NCBI GenBank assembly: GCA_944329465.1
Contig: CALVII010000002.1
Span: 1-53,575, forward strand
Length of the DNA stretch: 53,575 bases
Source of the DNA: an uncultured Bacilli bacterium
GTDB lineage: Bacteria > Bacillota_I > Bacilli_A > RF39 > UBA660
Direction: 5' to 3'
Positions 35,790-44,253 of this stretch are shown one piece after another (the stretch's first letter is position 1; every line of letters begins with the position of its first letter). Under the pieces are notes generated by a model, which was given only the letters and a program-made list of their open reading frames with translations, ran no database searches and had not been told where the DNA came from. Made by a program: the position numbers and the translations under genes.

Positions 35790-37588
35790 TATTCTACGGT
35801 AACTGATTTAGCTAAGTTACGTGGTTTATCAATGTCACATCCTTTTAATTTTGCGGTATAATAGGCGATTAACTGATAAGGAATAATTGTAAGTAATGGT
35901 TTAATAAACATACTTACTTTTTTAATTTTAATTACTTTAATATTATCCTCTTTAATATCTTCGTCAGTAATTAAATAACACTTCGCACCTCTAGATATTA
36001 CTTCTTTTAAATTACTGATTGTTTTGGCATTTATATGTTTATCTGTAGCCGAGGCAAAAACCGGGGTATTTTCGGTTATTAAAGATATTGTTCCATGTTT
36101 TAATTCACCGGCAGCATATGCTTCACTATGGATGTATGAAATTTCTTTTAATTTTAGTGATCCTTCCATAGCTAAGGCGTAGTCTATGGTTCTTCCAATA
36201 TAGAAAATATCGGATTTTTGATATATTTCTTTGGCAATTTTTTCATAAGTATTGGTGCTTTCTAATAATGAATTTAGGATAGAGGAAACACTTCTAAATT
36301 CTTCTAATATTTTATTTATTTTTTCCTCTTTAATTAAATTTTTTCTATAGGCATTTGATAAAGCCAAAACTGAAAGAAGTGCTACCTGAGATGTGTAAGC
36401 TTTGGTTGAAGCCACTGCTATTTCTGTGCCAGCTTCTGTATATAAAACTTTATCTAAGGTTCTTGCAATAGAACTTTCTTTAACGTTTACTATACCTAGT
36501 GTATCACATTTGGCTTCTTTAACTTTTTTTAAAGCGGCTAGTGTATCGGCTGTTTCACCGGATTGTGATATGAATATGGATAAAACTTTATTATTTAAAA
36601 AATTATTTTGATATCTATATTCACTAGCTAATGAAACTTCACATTTAGTATTTGAATATTGTTCAAATAAATATTTTGCAGCAAGTCCAGCGTGCATAGC
36701 AGTACCGCAAGCTATGATATCAATTCTTTCATATTTAGTTAAATCAGGTAGCTTTAATAAATCTTGTATGTTATTTATATATGGATTTACTGTTTTTCTA
36801 ATGGTTGATGGTTGTTCTAAGATTTCTTTTAACATGTAGTGTTCATAAATACCTTTATCGGATGATAGGTCACTACCTTGATATTCTTTTAAATCTTTTT
36901 TTAAAACATTGCCATCTTTATCGTAGATCGTTATATTATTACAAGTTATTTTGCCATATTCATAGTCTTCTAAAATATAATATTTTTTTGTATATTTTAA
37001 TATAGCGGGGACATCACTTGCTATAAAATTGATGTTTTCTCCTTTACCAATTATTAAGGGGCTATCTTTTTTGATGACATAAATAGTGTCTGGGTCATTG
37101 TTTAAAAGCATGCATATGGCATAACTTCCATCAACTTTTTTTATGAATTTTTGGATAGTTTTATCGATGTTTTTGTATTTTTTATAATAATAATCTAATA
37201 ATCCGGCAGCTATTTCTGTATCGGACTGTGATTTAAATTCATAACCTTTTTCTTTTAATTTATGTTTTAATTTACTAAAGTTTTCAATAATACCATTATG
37301 GACGATGGTAACATTTCCAACATTATGAGGATGGGCATTTGTTTCATTTACTTTTCCGTGAGTTGCCCATCTTGTGTGAGCTATTCCTATAGTCACATTA
37401 CTTTCTTTTTTTATATTATCTTCAAGGTCTTTCACGCGACCTTTTACTTTATTTATAATTAAATTACCATCTTTTATATAGCTTATTCCGGCAGAGTCAT
37501 ATCCACGGTACTCTAAGGTTTTTAAGCCATCTAAAAGAATTGATATTATATTTGTTTTGGAGCTGACGCTACCAACAATACCACACAT
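35789..37588 (-). CDS. glmS: Glutamine--fructose-6-phosphate aminotransferase GlmS
   Basis: MCGIVG N-terminal nucleophile, two SIS domains, and the C-terminal AKSVTVE. Confidence 0.97.
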   Translation of the reverse strand: MCGIVGSVSSKTNIISILLDGLKTLEYRGYDSAGISYIKDGNLIINKVKGRVKDLEDNIKKESNVTIGIAHTRWATHGKVNETNAHPHNVGNVTIVHNGIIENFSKLKHKLKEKGYEFKSQSDTEIAAGLLDYYYKKYKNIDKTIQKFIKKVDGSYAICMLLNNDPDTIYVIKKDSPLIIGKGENINFIASDVPAILKYTKKYYILEDYEYGKITCNNITIYDKDGNVLKKDLKEYQGSDLSSDKGIYEHYMLKEILEQPSTIRKTVNPYINNIQDLLKLPDLTKYERIDIIACGTAMHAGLAAKYLFEQYSNTKCEVSLASEYRYQNNFLNNKVLSIFISQSGETADTLAALKKVKEAKCDTLGIVNVKESSIARTLDKVLYTEAGTEIAVASTKAYTSQVALLSVLALSNAYRKNLIKEEKINKILEEFRSVSSILNSLLESTNTYEKIAKEIYQKSDIFYIGRTIDYALAMEGSLKLKEISYIHSEAYAAGELKHGTISLITENTPVFASATDKHINAKTISNLKEVISRGAKCYLITDEDIKEDNIKVIKIKKVSMFIKPLLTIIPYQLIAYYTAKLKGCDIDKPRNLAKSVTVE

Positions 37589-37599
37589 AAAATTCTCCT

Positions 37600-37745
37600 T
37601 TGTTTTAATAGTTTGGAATATATGTTTTGTACATAAGATTAATTTTATGCTTTGTCATATATTTAACGATTCCCACCGTGATAGTATCCGCCGAATGTTT
37701 CGATAACTATCAACCTCGTCGGTCTTTAGACCCTGGCGCTAAGGT
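37600..37745 (-). ncRNA. glmS ribozyme (GlcN6P-dependent self-cleaving riboswitch) in the glmS 5' UTR
   Basis: The minus strand reads AGCGCCAGGGTCTAAAGACCGACGAGGTTGATAGTTATCGAAACATTCGGCGGATACTATCACGGTGGG. This contains the conserved A|GCGCC cleavage site, GACGAGG, UUAUCGAA and UUCGGCGGAU core elements. Confidence 0.9.
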
Positions 37746-37781
37746 AGATTATACCTCCTTTAGTATCTATCCTTTGTTATC

Positions 37782-37810
37782 ATTTTATGAAAATATAAGA
37801 AAAATGTCAA
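37782..37810 (-). promoter_or_regulatory. SigmaA-type promoter for the glmS ribozyme/glmS transcript
   Basis: The minus strand reads TTGACA, a 17-nt spacer, then TAAAAT, about 40 nt upstream of the ribozyme cleavage site. Confidence 0.5.
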
Positions 37811-37877
37811 ATTTAAAAAGGAAATAGGTGAAAAAGATTGTATATTAATATATGTAGGAGTTAGAAAGGAGAAAGAT

Positions 37878-38693
37878 GTGATAGATACTCAAGAGACATT
37901 TTATACAGCGAAAAACGATAATGTATTTAAATCAATATTTTGTGATGAAAATAACACATTTTTACTAAAAACTTTAATAGAAAGATGTTTGAATACTAAA
38001 ATACAAATAATAAAAATATATTCACCAGAGAAGATAAAAGAGAATATATATGCGAAAGGTCAGATATTAGATTTATTAATTAAAGCAGACAATAAATTGA
38101 TTAATGTAGAAGTAAATTCTGGTTTTTATGAAGGTATGCATAGAAGAAATTTTTCATATGTAAGTGGAAAGTATAATGAAGATGTGAAAATAGGTGAGAG
38201 TTATTTAGATATGAATGATGTTATGCAGATAAACTTTACATGGGGATTACCAAGTTGTTATCCGATTTTAGGAAGATATAAACCGGCTGATGTTGAAACG
38301 AGAATTGAATTTGTAGATAATTTTAAAATCTATGAATATAATATAGATAAAATAAAGGATTTATGGTATAGTGGAGATAAGAAATACGAGTTTTTAGCTA
38401 TTTTAGATTGTAATAAAGAAGAGTTAGATAAGATTGAAAGTGGTGATCCATATATGGAAGGTTTTAAGAAAAAGATAAATACATTAAATGACAATAAAGA
38501 ATACAAAGAGTTTTTATCAGCTGAAGAAGATATGAGAAAGACTAACAATACTTTTAAAGAGATTGGAAGAAGAGAAGGTATAAAAGAGCGAAATATAGAA
38601 ATCGCAATGAATTTACTGAATAAAAAAATGAAAATTAGTGATGTAGCTGAAGTGACCGGATTATCTATAGAAGAAATTAAAAATTTAAAGTAA
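37878..38693 (+). CDS. Rpn family recombination-promoting nuclease / putative transposase (PD-(D/E)XK), copy 2
   Basis: NDNVFKSIF, ILDLLIK...LINVEVN and the FSYVSGKY block are typical of YhgA/Rpn-like proteins. The C-terminal HTH-like tail ISDVAEVTGLSIEEIKNLK parallels copy 1. GTG start follows AAAGGAGAAAGAT. Confidence 0.7.
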   Translation: MIDTQETFYTAKNDNVFKSIFCDENNTFLLKTLIERCLNTKIQIIKIYSPEKIKENIYAKGQILDLLIKADNKLINVEVNSGFYEGMHRRNFSYVSGKYNEDVKIGESYLDMNDVMQINFTWGLPSCYPILGRYKPADVETRIEFVDNFKIYEYNIDKIKDLWYSGDKKYEFLAILDCNKEELDKIESGDPYMEGFKKKINTLNDNKEYKEFLSAEEDMRKTNNTFKEIGRREGIKERNIEIAMNLLNKKMKISDVAEVTGLSIEEIKNLK

Positions 38694-38695
38694 TA

Positions 38696-38727
38696 AAAAA
38701 CGTTAGGCATTAGAATCTAACGTTTTT
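38696..38727. terminator. Bidirectional terminator between Rpn copy 2 and asnB
   Basis: AAAAACGTTAG pairs with CTAACGTTTTT. The hairpin overlaps the asnB stop codon. Confidence 0.7.
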
Positions 38728-40553
38728 TCGAAATCGATAAAAAACCTTTTATACCATACAAGGAAAACATAGACCGTCCATATTTTTCGACAGTTATTTT
38801 TCTTTCCTTTATAGTGGTCTTCTAATAATTTTAATAAGGCTTTTTGATTGAAAAAATCTTTGGTGAAATCTTCTTCAAACATGTTTTTAACAATGTTATA
38901 GTATTTTTCTTCTCTAAACCATTTGATAATTGGAACAGGGAAACCTTTTTTTCTTCTTTTATACCAATCTTCAGGTATTCTTTTAGAAGCCGCTCTTCTT
39001 AAGGCATATTTGGTTGTACCTTTTGATATTTTATATTCGGTAGGGATAGAGCTAGCTAATTTAAAAACTTCTTTATCTAGTATAGGAACTCTAAGTTCTA
39101 AGGAATTTGCCATACTCATTTTATCAGCTTTAAGTAAAATGTCATTTGGAAGCCAAAAATGCATATCGATATATTGCATTTTGGTGACATCGTCTTTATC
39201 TTTTACTTTATCATAATATGGTTTAGTAATATCTTGATATTTTAAGTTGTTTTTATATTGGTCTGTTAATATTTTGTTAGCTTCTTTGTTATTAAATATG
39301 AAAGCATCACCAACGTAATAATCTTCGAGCTTGCTTCCGCCCTTAGTTAAGAAATTTTTACCATGAAAACTTGGCAATGGTGAAACAACGGTTTTGATAA
39401 ATTTTCTTAAAAATAAAGGTAATTTTTTATATTTTTTTAGTAAATCATCTTCTTTATAACTAGGGTAACCACCAAATAGTTCGTCAGCCCCTTCACCAGA
39501 TAAGACAACTTTAACATCTTTAGAAGCTAGTTTTGATAAAAAGTATAGGGGTACAGCTGATAGATTGGCAGTTGGTTCATCTGCATAATACTGAACTTTA
39601 TCTATATTATCAAAGAAACTATCGGCATTTATTAATTCATTTTTATTTTGAATGTGAAGTAAAGTTGAAAGTTCTTTAGCAAGTGGAACTTCATTAAAGT
39701 CTTTATAGTCAAATCCAACAGTAAAGGTTTTATCTGGTTTTAAATAGCTTACGACATAAGAAGAGTCAATACCACCTGATAAGTATGAACCAACTGGAAC
39801 ATCACTTATAGTGTGATAATCGATAGATTTGGTTATGGTGTTATCTATTTCGTTTACTAGATTATCTAAATTTTGATTTTTAGGGTCAAAGGTGATTTCA
39901 TAGTATTTTTTTATTTCCATTTTGTCTTTGTTAAAGTCGTAAATGAAATAATGTCCCGGTTTTAATTTATAGACATTTTTAAAGAATGTTTCATCTAAAA
40001 CTGATGTTTGAAATGTTAAATATGGTTTTAAAGCTTTATTATTAACTTTTTTTAAAAAATCCGGGTGTTTTAATAAGCTTTTAATTTCAGATGCATACAT
40101 GAAAGTACCCTGCATTTGACAGTAGTAAAATGGTTTTTGGCCAAAATGATCTCTGGCTCCAAATAGAATTTTATCTTTTTTATTCCAAATTACAAAGGCA
40201 AACATACCTCTTAATTTATTTAGTATTTTTTCTTTATATTCTTCATAACCGTGTAAAATGACTTCTGTATCGGTATTTGTTTTAAAATTGTGACCTTTAT
40301 TTATTAAATCTTCTTTAATTTCTTTAAAGTTGTATATTTCGCCATTAAAGGTTATATACATGGTGTTATCTTCATTTGAAATAGGTTGGCGGCCACCTTT
40401 TAGATCAATAATGCTTAGTCTTCTAAAACCCATAGCTATGTCATCATCGGTATAATATGATTCGTCGTCAGGACCTCTATGGGCTATCATATCATTCATT
40501 TTTTTTATATGAGTTTTTTCTTTTCTATTTATATATCCACAAAATCCACACAT
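38703..40553 (-). CDS. asnB: Asparagine synthase (glutamine-hydrolysing), AsnB family amidotransferase
   Basis: MCGFCGY N-terminal Cys nucleophile, PP-loop SGGIDSS, 616 aa. Confidence 0.9.
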   Translation of the reverse strand: MCGFCGYINRKEKTHIKKMNDMIAHRGPDDESYYTDDDIAMGFRRLSIIDLKGGRQPISNEDNTMYITFNGEIYNFKEIKEDLINKGHNFKTNTDTEVILHGYEEYKEKILNKLRGMFAFVIWNKKDKILFGARDHFGQKPFYYCQMQGTFMYASEIKSLLKHPDFLKKVNNKALKPYLTFQTSVLDETFFKNVYKLKPGHYFIYDFNKDKMEIKKYYEITFDPKNQNLDNLVNEIDNTITKSIDYHTISDVPVGSYLSGGIDSSYVVSYLKPDKTFTVGFDYKDFNEVPLAKELSTLLHIQNKNELINADSFFDNIDKVQYYADEPTANLSAVPLYFLSKLASKDVKVVLSGEGADELFGGYPSYKEDDLLKKYKKLPLFLRKFIKTVVSPLPSFHGKNFLTKGGSKLEDYYVGDAFIFNNKEANKILTDQYKNNLKYQDITKPYYDKVKDKDDVTKMQYIDMHFWLPNDILLKADKMSMANSLELRVPILDKEVFKLASSIPTEYKISKGTTKYALRRAASKRIPEDWYKRRKKGFPVPIIKWFREEKYYNIVKNMFEEDFTKDFFNQKALLKLLEDHYKGKKNNCRKIWTVYVFLVWYKRFFIDFEKTLDSNA

Positions 40554-40568
40554 AGTACTACTTCCTTT

Positions 40569-41777
40569 CTAATATTTCCAATATCCATTTTTATAATCTT
40601 TAAAATATTTAAAGTGTTTTCTTATTAAAAATATAATTCTTTTTAAAGGTAGGTCTTTTTTATAAATTAAAGGATTTACGACCTTTTTTTGTTTATAAAG
40701 TTTTAAGGCTTCTTTTTTGAACTTTTCATTGACAATATATCTTTTAATTATTTTTTTGGGCACATAGGTTAGTAATAATTCTTTATCAGCAATTTGAAAG
40801 TCTTTTTCTTTACCATAAATTAAGTCGTCAACAAATAGTTTAACAATATTAAAACCAGCTGCAGTAACATAGTAACTACATCTACCTTGTCTAGCATTAA
40901 TTTCTAAGATTTTATATTTTTTGTCACGGTAATCGTATTTAATATCGAGTTCAGCTATACCTTTAAAACCTATTTTTTCTATAAAATTTTTAAACTTTAA
41001 AATGATATTTTCGTCATAACCGTTGGTGTTAAAATGATTGATTAGACAGGCGGCATTACCAACCATATTTGAGGTGTGTTCTTGAAGTCCAATTTGGGCA
41101 AAAGCAAAAAGTTCACATTTACCTTTGGAAGAGCAGTAAACAACTCCATCAAATAGGCTACTATCGTCACCGGGAATATATTCTTGAACAATTAATTTTC
41201 CTTTATAACTACTATTTTTAAAATATTCAATGGTTTGATTTACTTCTTCCATATTATTTAATTTATATATTTTCTTTTTTCCTTTAAAGTTAATATGGTT
41301 AAAATCAATAACATCGTTTGGTTTTATGATAATAGGAAAGTCAAAGTTTAATTTAAGTTCGTCATTTAAATCATAAATTATTGTTTTGGGAAGAAGACCA
41401 GAATCCTTATATGTTTCATAGAATTTATCTTTCATCATGAGACTATCTAAGAAATCTAAATCTACATAGTTGAACAAGATTCTTTTGTCTAATTTATTTT
41501 TGTTTGCGACAAGACCTCTCGCATAGGTTTCATTGGAAGAGATACATATTATTTTCTCTGCTTTTATGTTTTTTACATATTCATTTAAGGCCTTTGCAAA
41601 TTCGTTTATGTTCCATAATCGGGAATCATAGGTGGCATCAATAATTTTTGAGTGATTGACAAAGCTCATTGGTTTGCTGGAGATAAGCTTTACTTTTTTA
41701 TTATATAATTCGTGGACGCATCTAGCCATATAGTAGGCGTTGGCATCACTACCAATAATTATTATTTCATAGTGCAT
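40569..41777 (-). CDS. ATP-grasp carboxylate-amine ligase (possibly D-aspartate-ligase-like)
   Basis: Rossmann-like start IIIIGSDANAYYMARCVHELY, IIIKPND, VQEYIPGDDS and ILEINARQGR (the ATP-grasp Mg/ATP-binding E.N motif). The specific subfamily is unverified. Confidence 0.65.
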   Translation of the reverse strand: MHYEIIIIGSDANAYYMARCVHELYNKKVKLISSKPMSFVNHSKIIDATYDSRLWNINEFAKALNEYVKNIKAEKIICISSNETYARGLVANKNKLDKRILFNYVDLDFLDSLMMKDKFYETYKDSGLLPKTIIYDLNDELKLNFDFPIIIKPNDVIDFNHINFKGKKKIYKLNNMEEVNQTIEYFKNSSYKGKLIVQEYIPGDDSSLFDGVVYCSSKGKCELFAFAQIGLQEHTSNMVGNAACLINHFNTNGYDENIILKFKNFIEKIGFKGIAELDIKYDYRDKKYKILEINARQGRCSYYVTAAGFNIVKLFVDDLIYGKEKDFQIADKELLLTYVPKKIIKRYIVNEKFKKEALKLYKQKKVVNPLIYKKDLPLKRIIFLIRKHFKYFKDYKNGYWKY

Positions 41778-41789
41778 AAAATCATTCCT

Positions 41790-42944
41790 TCAATATTTTA
41801 TTTCAGTTAGTTTGTCATCTTCTGTATAAATGCGAGGTACACGGTTTGTGATACTTGTAAAAAGTTGATAGGCACTTATGCCGAGTTCATTTGATTTCTT
41901 TTTAGCATCGTCAAATATTATAACATGATCTTTTAGTTTTACGCTATCATCGATTTTAATAGTAGTCATATCCATGCCTATTTCACCGATGATTTGATAT
42001 TCTTTATTATTGATTTGAACGGTTTGTCCCTCGTAATTTTTACTTAGTCCGTCCGCAAAACCAATAGGAAGGGTAGCTATTTTTATATCTTCATTAGCTA
42101 TATATTTAGCTCCATATCCAACATATTCGCCTTTTTTTACCTTTTTGATGGTCATTATAGTAGTGTGAAGAGAAAAGGCGGTTTTAAGATTTAAATTATT
42201 TTCGTAAGTAATATCTTTAATATGATTTTTTTTAAGGTACATATTTCGTTTGATTAATCTAAATCCTTTGGGTTTATTTATTTTTTGAGGAAAGCCATAC
42301 ATTATAATACCAAGTCTTATGCCAGTTACATATTTAGGCATTTTATGTGTAACTAAAATTAAAGATCGAGATATGTGAACGATAGGAATTTCATTTAAAT
42401 CGATTAAGCTAGTAATTTTTTCAAAGTTTTGTAAATCCTGTTCATAGTGGCTATCCCAAATGCCAGAGGTACCTAGGTGAGTGTATATTCCCTCTAAAAT
42501 AATATTTGAATTTTTAAGAGTATCAAATACTTCTTTAACTTCATTTTTATCTTTAAAGCCTAATCTATTCATGCCACTATCGATTTTTAAGTGAGCTTTT
42601 AAATTTAAAGATAAATCTATTTTTTTAAAATAATCATAATCTGGTATGGTGATAGTAATATTTTTTTGCTTGCAGATATTTAAAAATTCATGATCAATAG
42701 GTTCTAGGCATAAAATAGGAATGTTTTCATTTTTATCTCTAATGCTTAGACATTCCTCTAAGGAAGAAGCTGCAAGGTAGTTGATTCCACCTTTGATTAA
42801 ACTGTTGATAATATAATCGCCATGTCCATAGGCGTTTGCTTTAACAACACCTATATAATATTTATAAGGATAGTTTTGTTTTATATTTTGAATATTATTG
42901 GTTAGGGTATTACAATTAATTAAAGCATAAGTTTTTCGATACAT
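41790..42944 (-). CDS. alr: Alanine racemase fold (PLP-dependent) amino-acid racemase
   Basis: PLP-lysine motif VVKANAYGHG, 384 aa, and a C-terminal beta domain. Confidence 0.88.
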   Translation of the reverse strand: MYRKTYALINCNTLTNNIQNIKQNYPYKYYIGVVKANAYGHGDYIINSLIKGGINYLAASSLEECLSIRDKNENIPILCLEPIDHEFLNICKQKNITITIPDYDYFKKIDLSLNLKAHLKIDSGMNRLGFKDKNEVKEVFDTLKNSNIILEGIYTHLGTSGIWDSHYEQDLQNFEKITSLIDLNEIPIVHISRSLILVTHKMPKYVTGIRLGIIMYGFPQKINKPKGFRLIKRNMYLKKNHIKDITYENNLNLKTAFSLHTTIMTIKKVKKGEYVGYGAKYIANEDIKIATLPIGFADGLSKNYEGQTVQINNKEYQIIGEIGMDMTTIKIDDSVKLKDHVIIFDDAKKKSNELGISAYQLFTSITNRVPRIYTEDDKLTEIKY

Positions 42945-43176
42945 TTTAATTCACCTTTTTCTTTACATTTTAATATTGCTTTGTGGAAAACTTTTCACTT
43001 TTCCACATTATATAACAATTTGCTTAGGAGTGCAAGAAGGGGTAAAAAAACGTTATAAAATAAGGGTAATTTGATGAATTTAAAAAAGCGAGTGTATAAT
43101 AAATGTCAAAAAAAAGTGGAAAAAATGTATACTTTTGATGTTCTATATGATATAATACAAAGCAGGTGATTAAGTT

Positions 43177-43710
43177 ATGCTTGAAGAAGTTAAAATCATA
43201 CTGGATGGTAATGAAAATTTAACTAGTGAGGTTAAGGATAACCTTATGGAACTTATTACAATCTTTCACGAAATATTTAAAGATGTGGATTTAGCGACTT
43301 TGAAAGAGAAACTTAAGACTTTAAAGATAAAAAGGGAGAGTATGTATTTGGTTAAAATGCCGTGTAAGTATATTCCGCACAATAACGAGATTGCTATTAA
43401 CTATGGACTTATTACAGAAGCGGATGCAAGACACTGGCTTATGCATAGTTTACTTGGGGTTATTACTGCTAAAGATAATTATTATGGATTTAACGATGAG
43501 GGAGATTCTTTACTCGCATTAAATGAAGGCTATACGGAGATACTTACTAATAATTTAGTGGGAGATGTCGATAATAATTTTTTTACAGATGAAATTATTA
43601 TGACTAATTTAATTAGTAAGGTTATTGGTGAAGATGTTTTATACAAGGCTTATTTTAATAACGATGCTAAAATGGTATTAAAAGCAATGGCAGAAGCGGA
43701 GGTAAAATGA
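43177..43710 (+). CDS. Hypothetical protein (HWLMH...NEGYTE, zincin-like spacing without the catalytic Glu)
   Basis: A 177-aa ORF with SD AGGTGA and an extended -10 (TGATATAAT) upstream. Confidence 0.55.
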   Translation: MLEEVKIILDGNENLTSEVKDNLMELITIFHEIFKDVDLATLKEKLKTLKIKRESMYLVKMPCKYIPHNNEIAINYGLITEADARHWLMHSLLGVITAKDNYYGFNDEGDSLLALNEGYTEILTNNLVGDVDNNFFTDEIIMTNLISKVIGEDVLYKAYFNNDAKMVLKAMAEAEVK

Positions 43711-43967
43711 TGGTATTAGCTGATTTAATTAGTGATATGAACAGTAATTACGAAAACAGAAAGCATGGTGGAAATTCTCATGTGTTTGATATGCAGGAGA
43801 AATTATTTTCGGCTTTTCCTATGATTGGTGTAGAGAATATATTTGCCTCTGAGATTTATTTGCCAATTGGTCAGAGAATAGAACCTGGTAGTTTAGATAG
43901 TTTGAAGACGGTAATTGACGAATATCAAGCACAAATGGCTTTATCTGGTGCGAAAAAACTTAACTAA
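43707..43967 (+). CDS. Hypothetical small protein, translationally coupled to the preceding ORF
   Basis: ATGA start/stop overlap, 86 aa, followed by the hairpin AACTAAC/GTTAGTT. Confidence 0.45.
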   Translation: MMVLADLISDMNSNYENRKHGGNSHVFDMQEKLFSAFPMIGVENIFASEIYLPIGQRIEPGSLDSLKTVIDEYQAQMALSGAKKLN

Positions 43968-44017
43968 CTTGTGTTAGTTTTCTTTGATTTTTATGGAAAA
44001 AGTGTTATAATTGATAT

Positions 44018-44236
44018 TGGAATTTAAAAAGCGAAGATTAAGACGTAGTAATAAAAGTAATTATTGATAGAGAGCTAACGGTTGGTGGAAGTTAGTAATA
44101 ATCTTTTATGAATTCACCTTAGGAGCTATGTGTGCAAAGACATATCGGTAACGCGTTATAGTTATCAAGGTAAGTTTACTTACGAATTAAGGTGGTACCA
44201 CGTTTGAATCACGTCCTTATTGGATGTGATTTTTTA
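44018..44236 (+). promoter_or_regulatory. T-box riboswitch leader (Phe, specifier UUC) controlling pheST
   Basis: AGAGAG and GGTGGAA stem I elements, GAA-TTC-A specifier context (TTC at 44113-44115), and T-box sequence AATTAAGGTGGTACCACG. The terminator is AATCACGTCC/GGATGTGATT plus a T run. An extended -10 (TGTTATAAT) lies at 44003-44011. Confidence 0.85.
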
Positions 44237-44253
44237 TATATAGGGAGGTTTTT

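Noticed and set aside
37627-37827. 66-aa plus-strand ORF
   Set aside because: It lies antisense over the glmS ribozyme and its promoter. The conserved ribozyme core explains the sequence, and there is no SD.
43074-43169. 31-codon ORF (MNLKKRVYNKCQKK...) upstream of the 43177 cassette
   Set aside because: It runs through the extended -10 promoter and the SD of the downstream gene. It would lie largely upstream of the likely TSS. Nothing supports it beyond a weak AAGGG.
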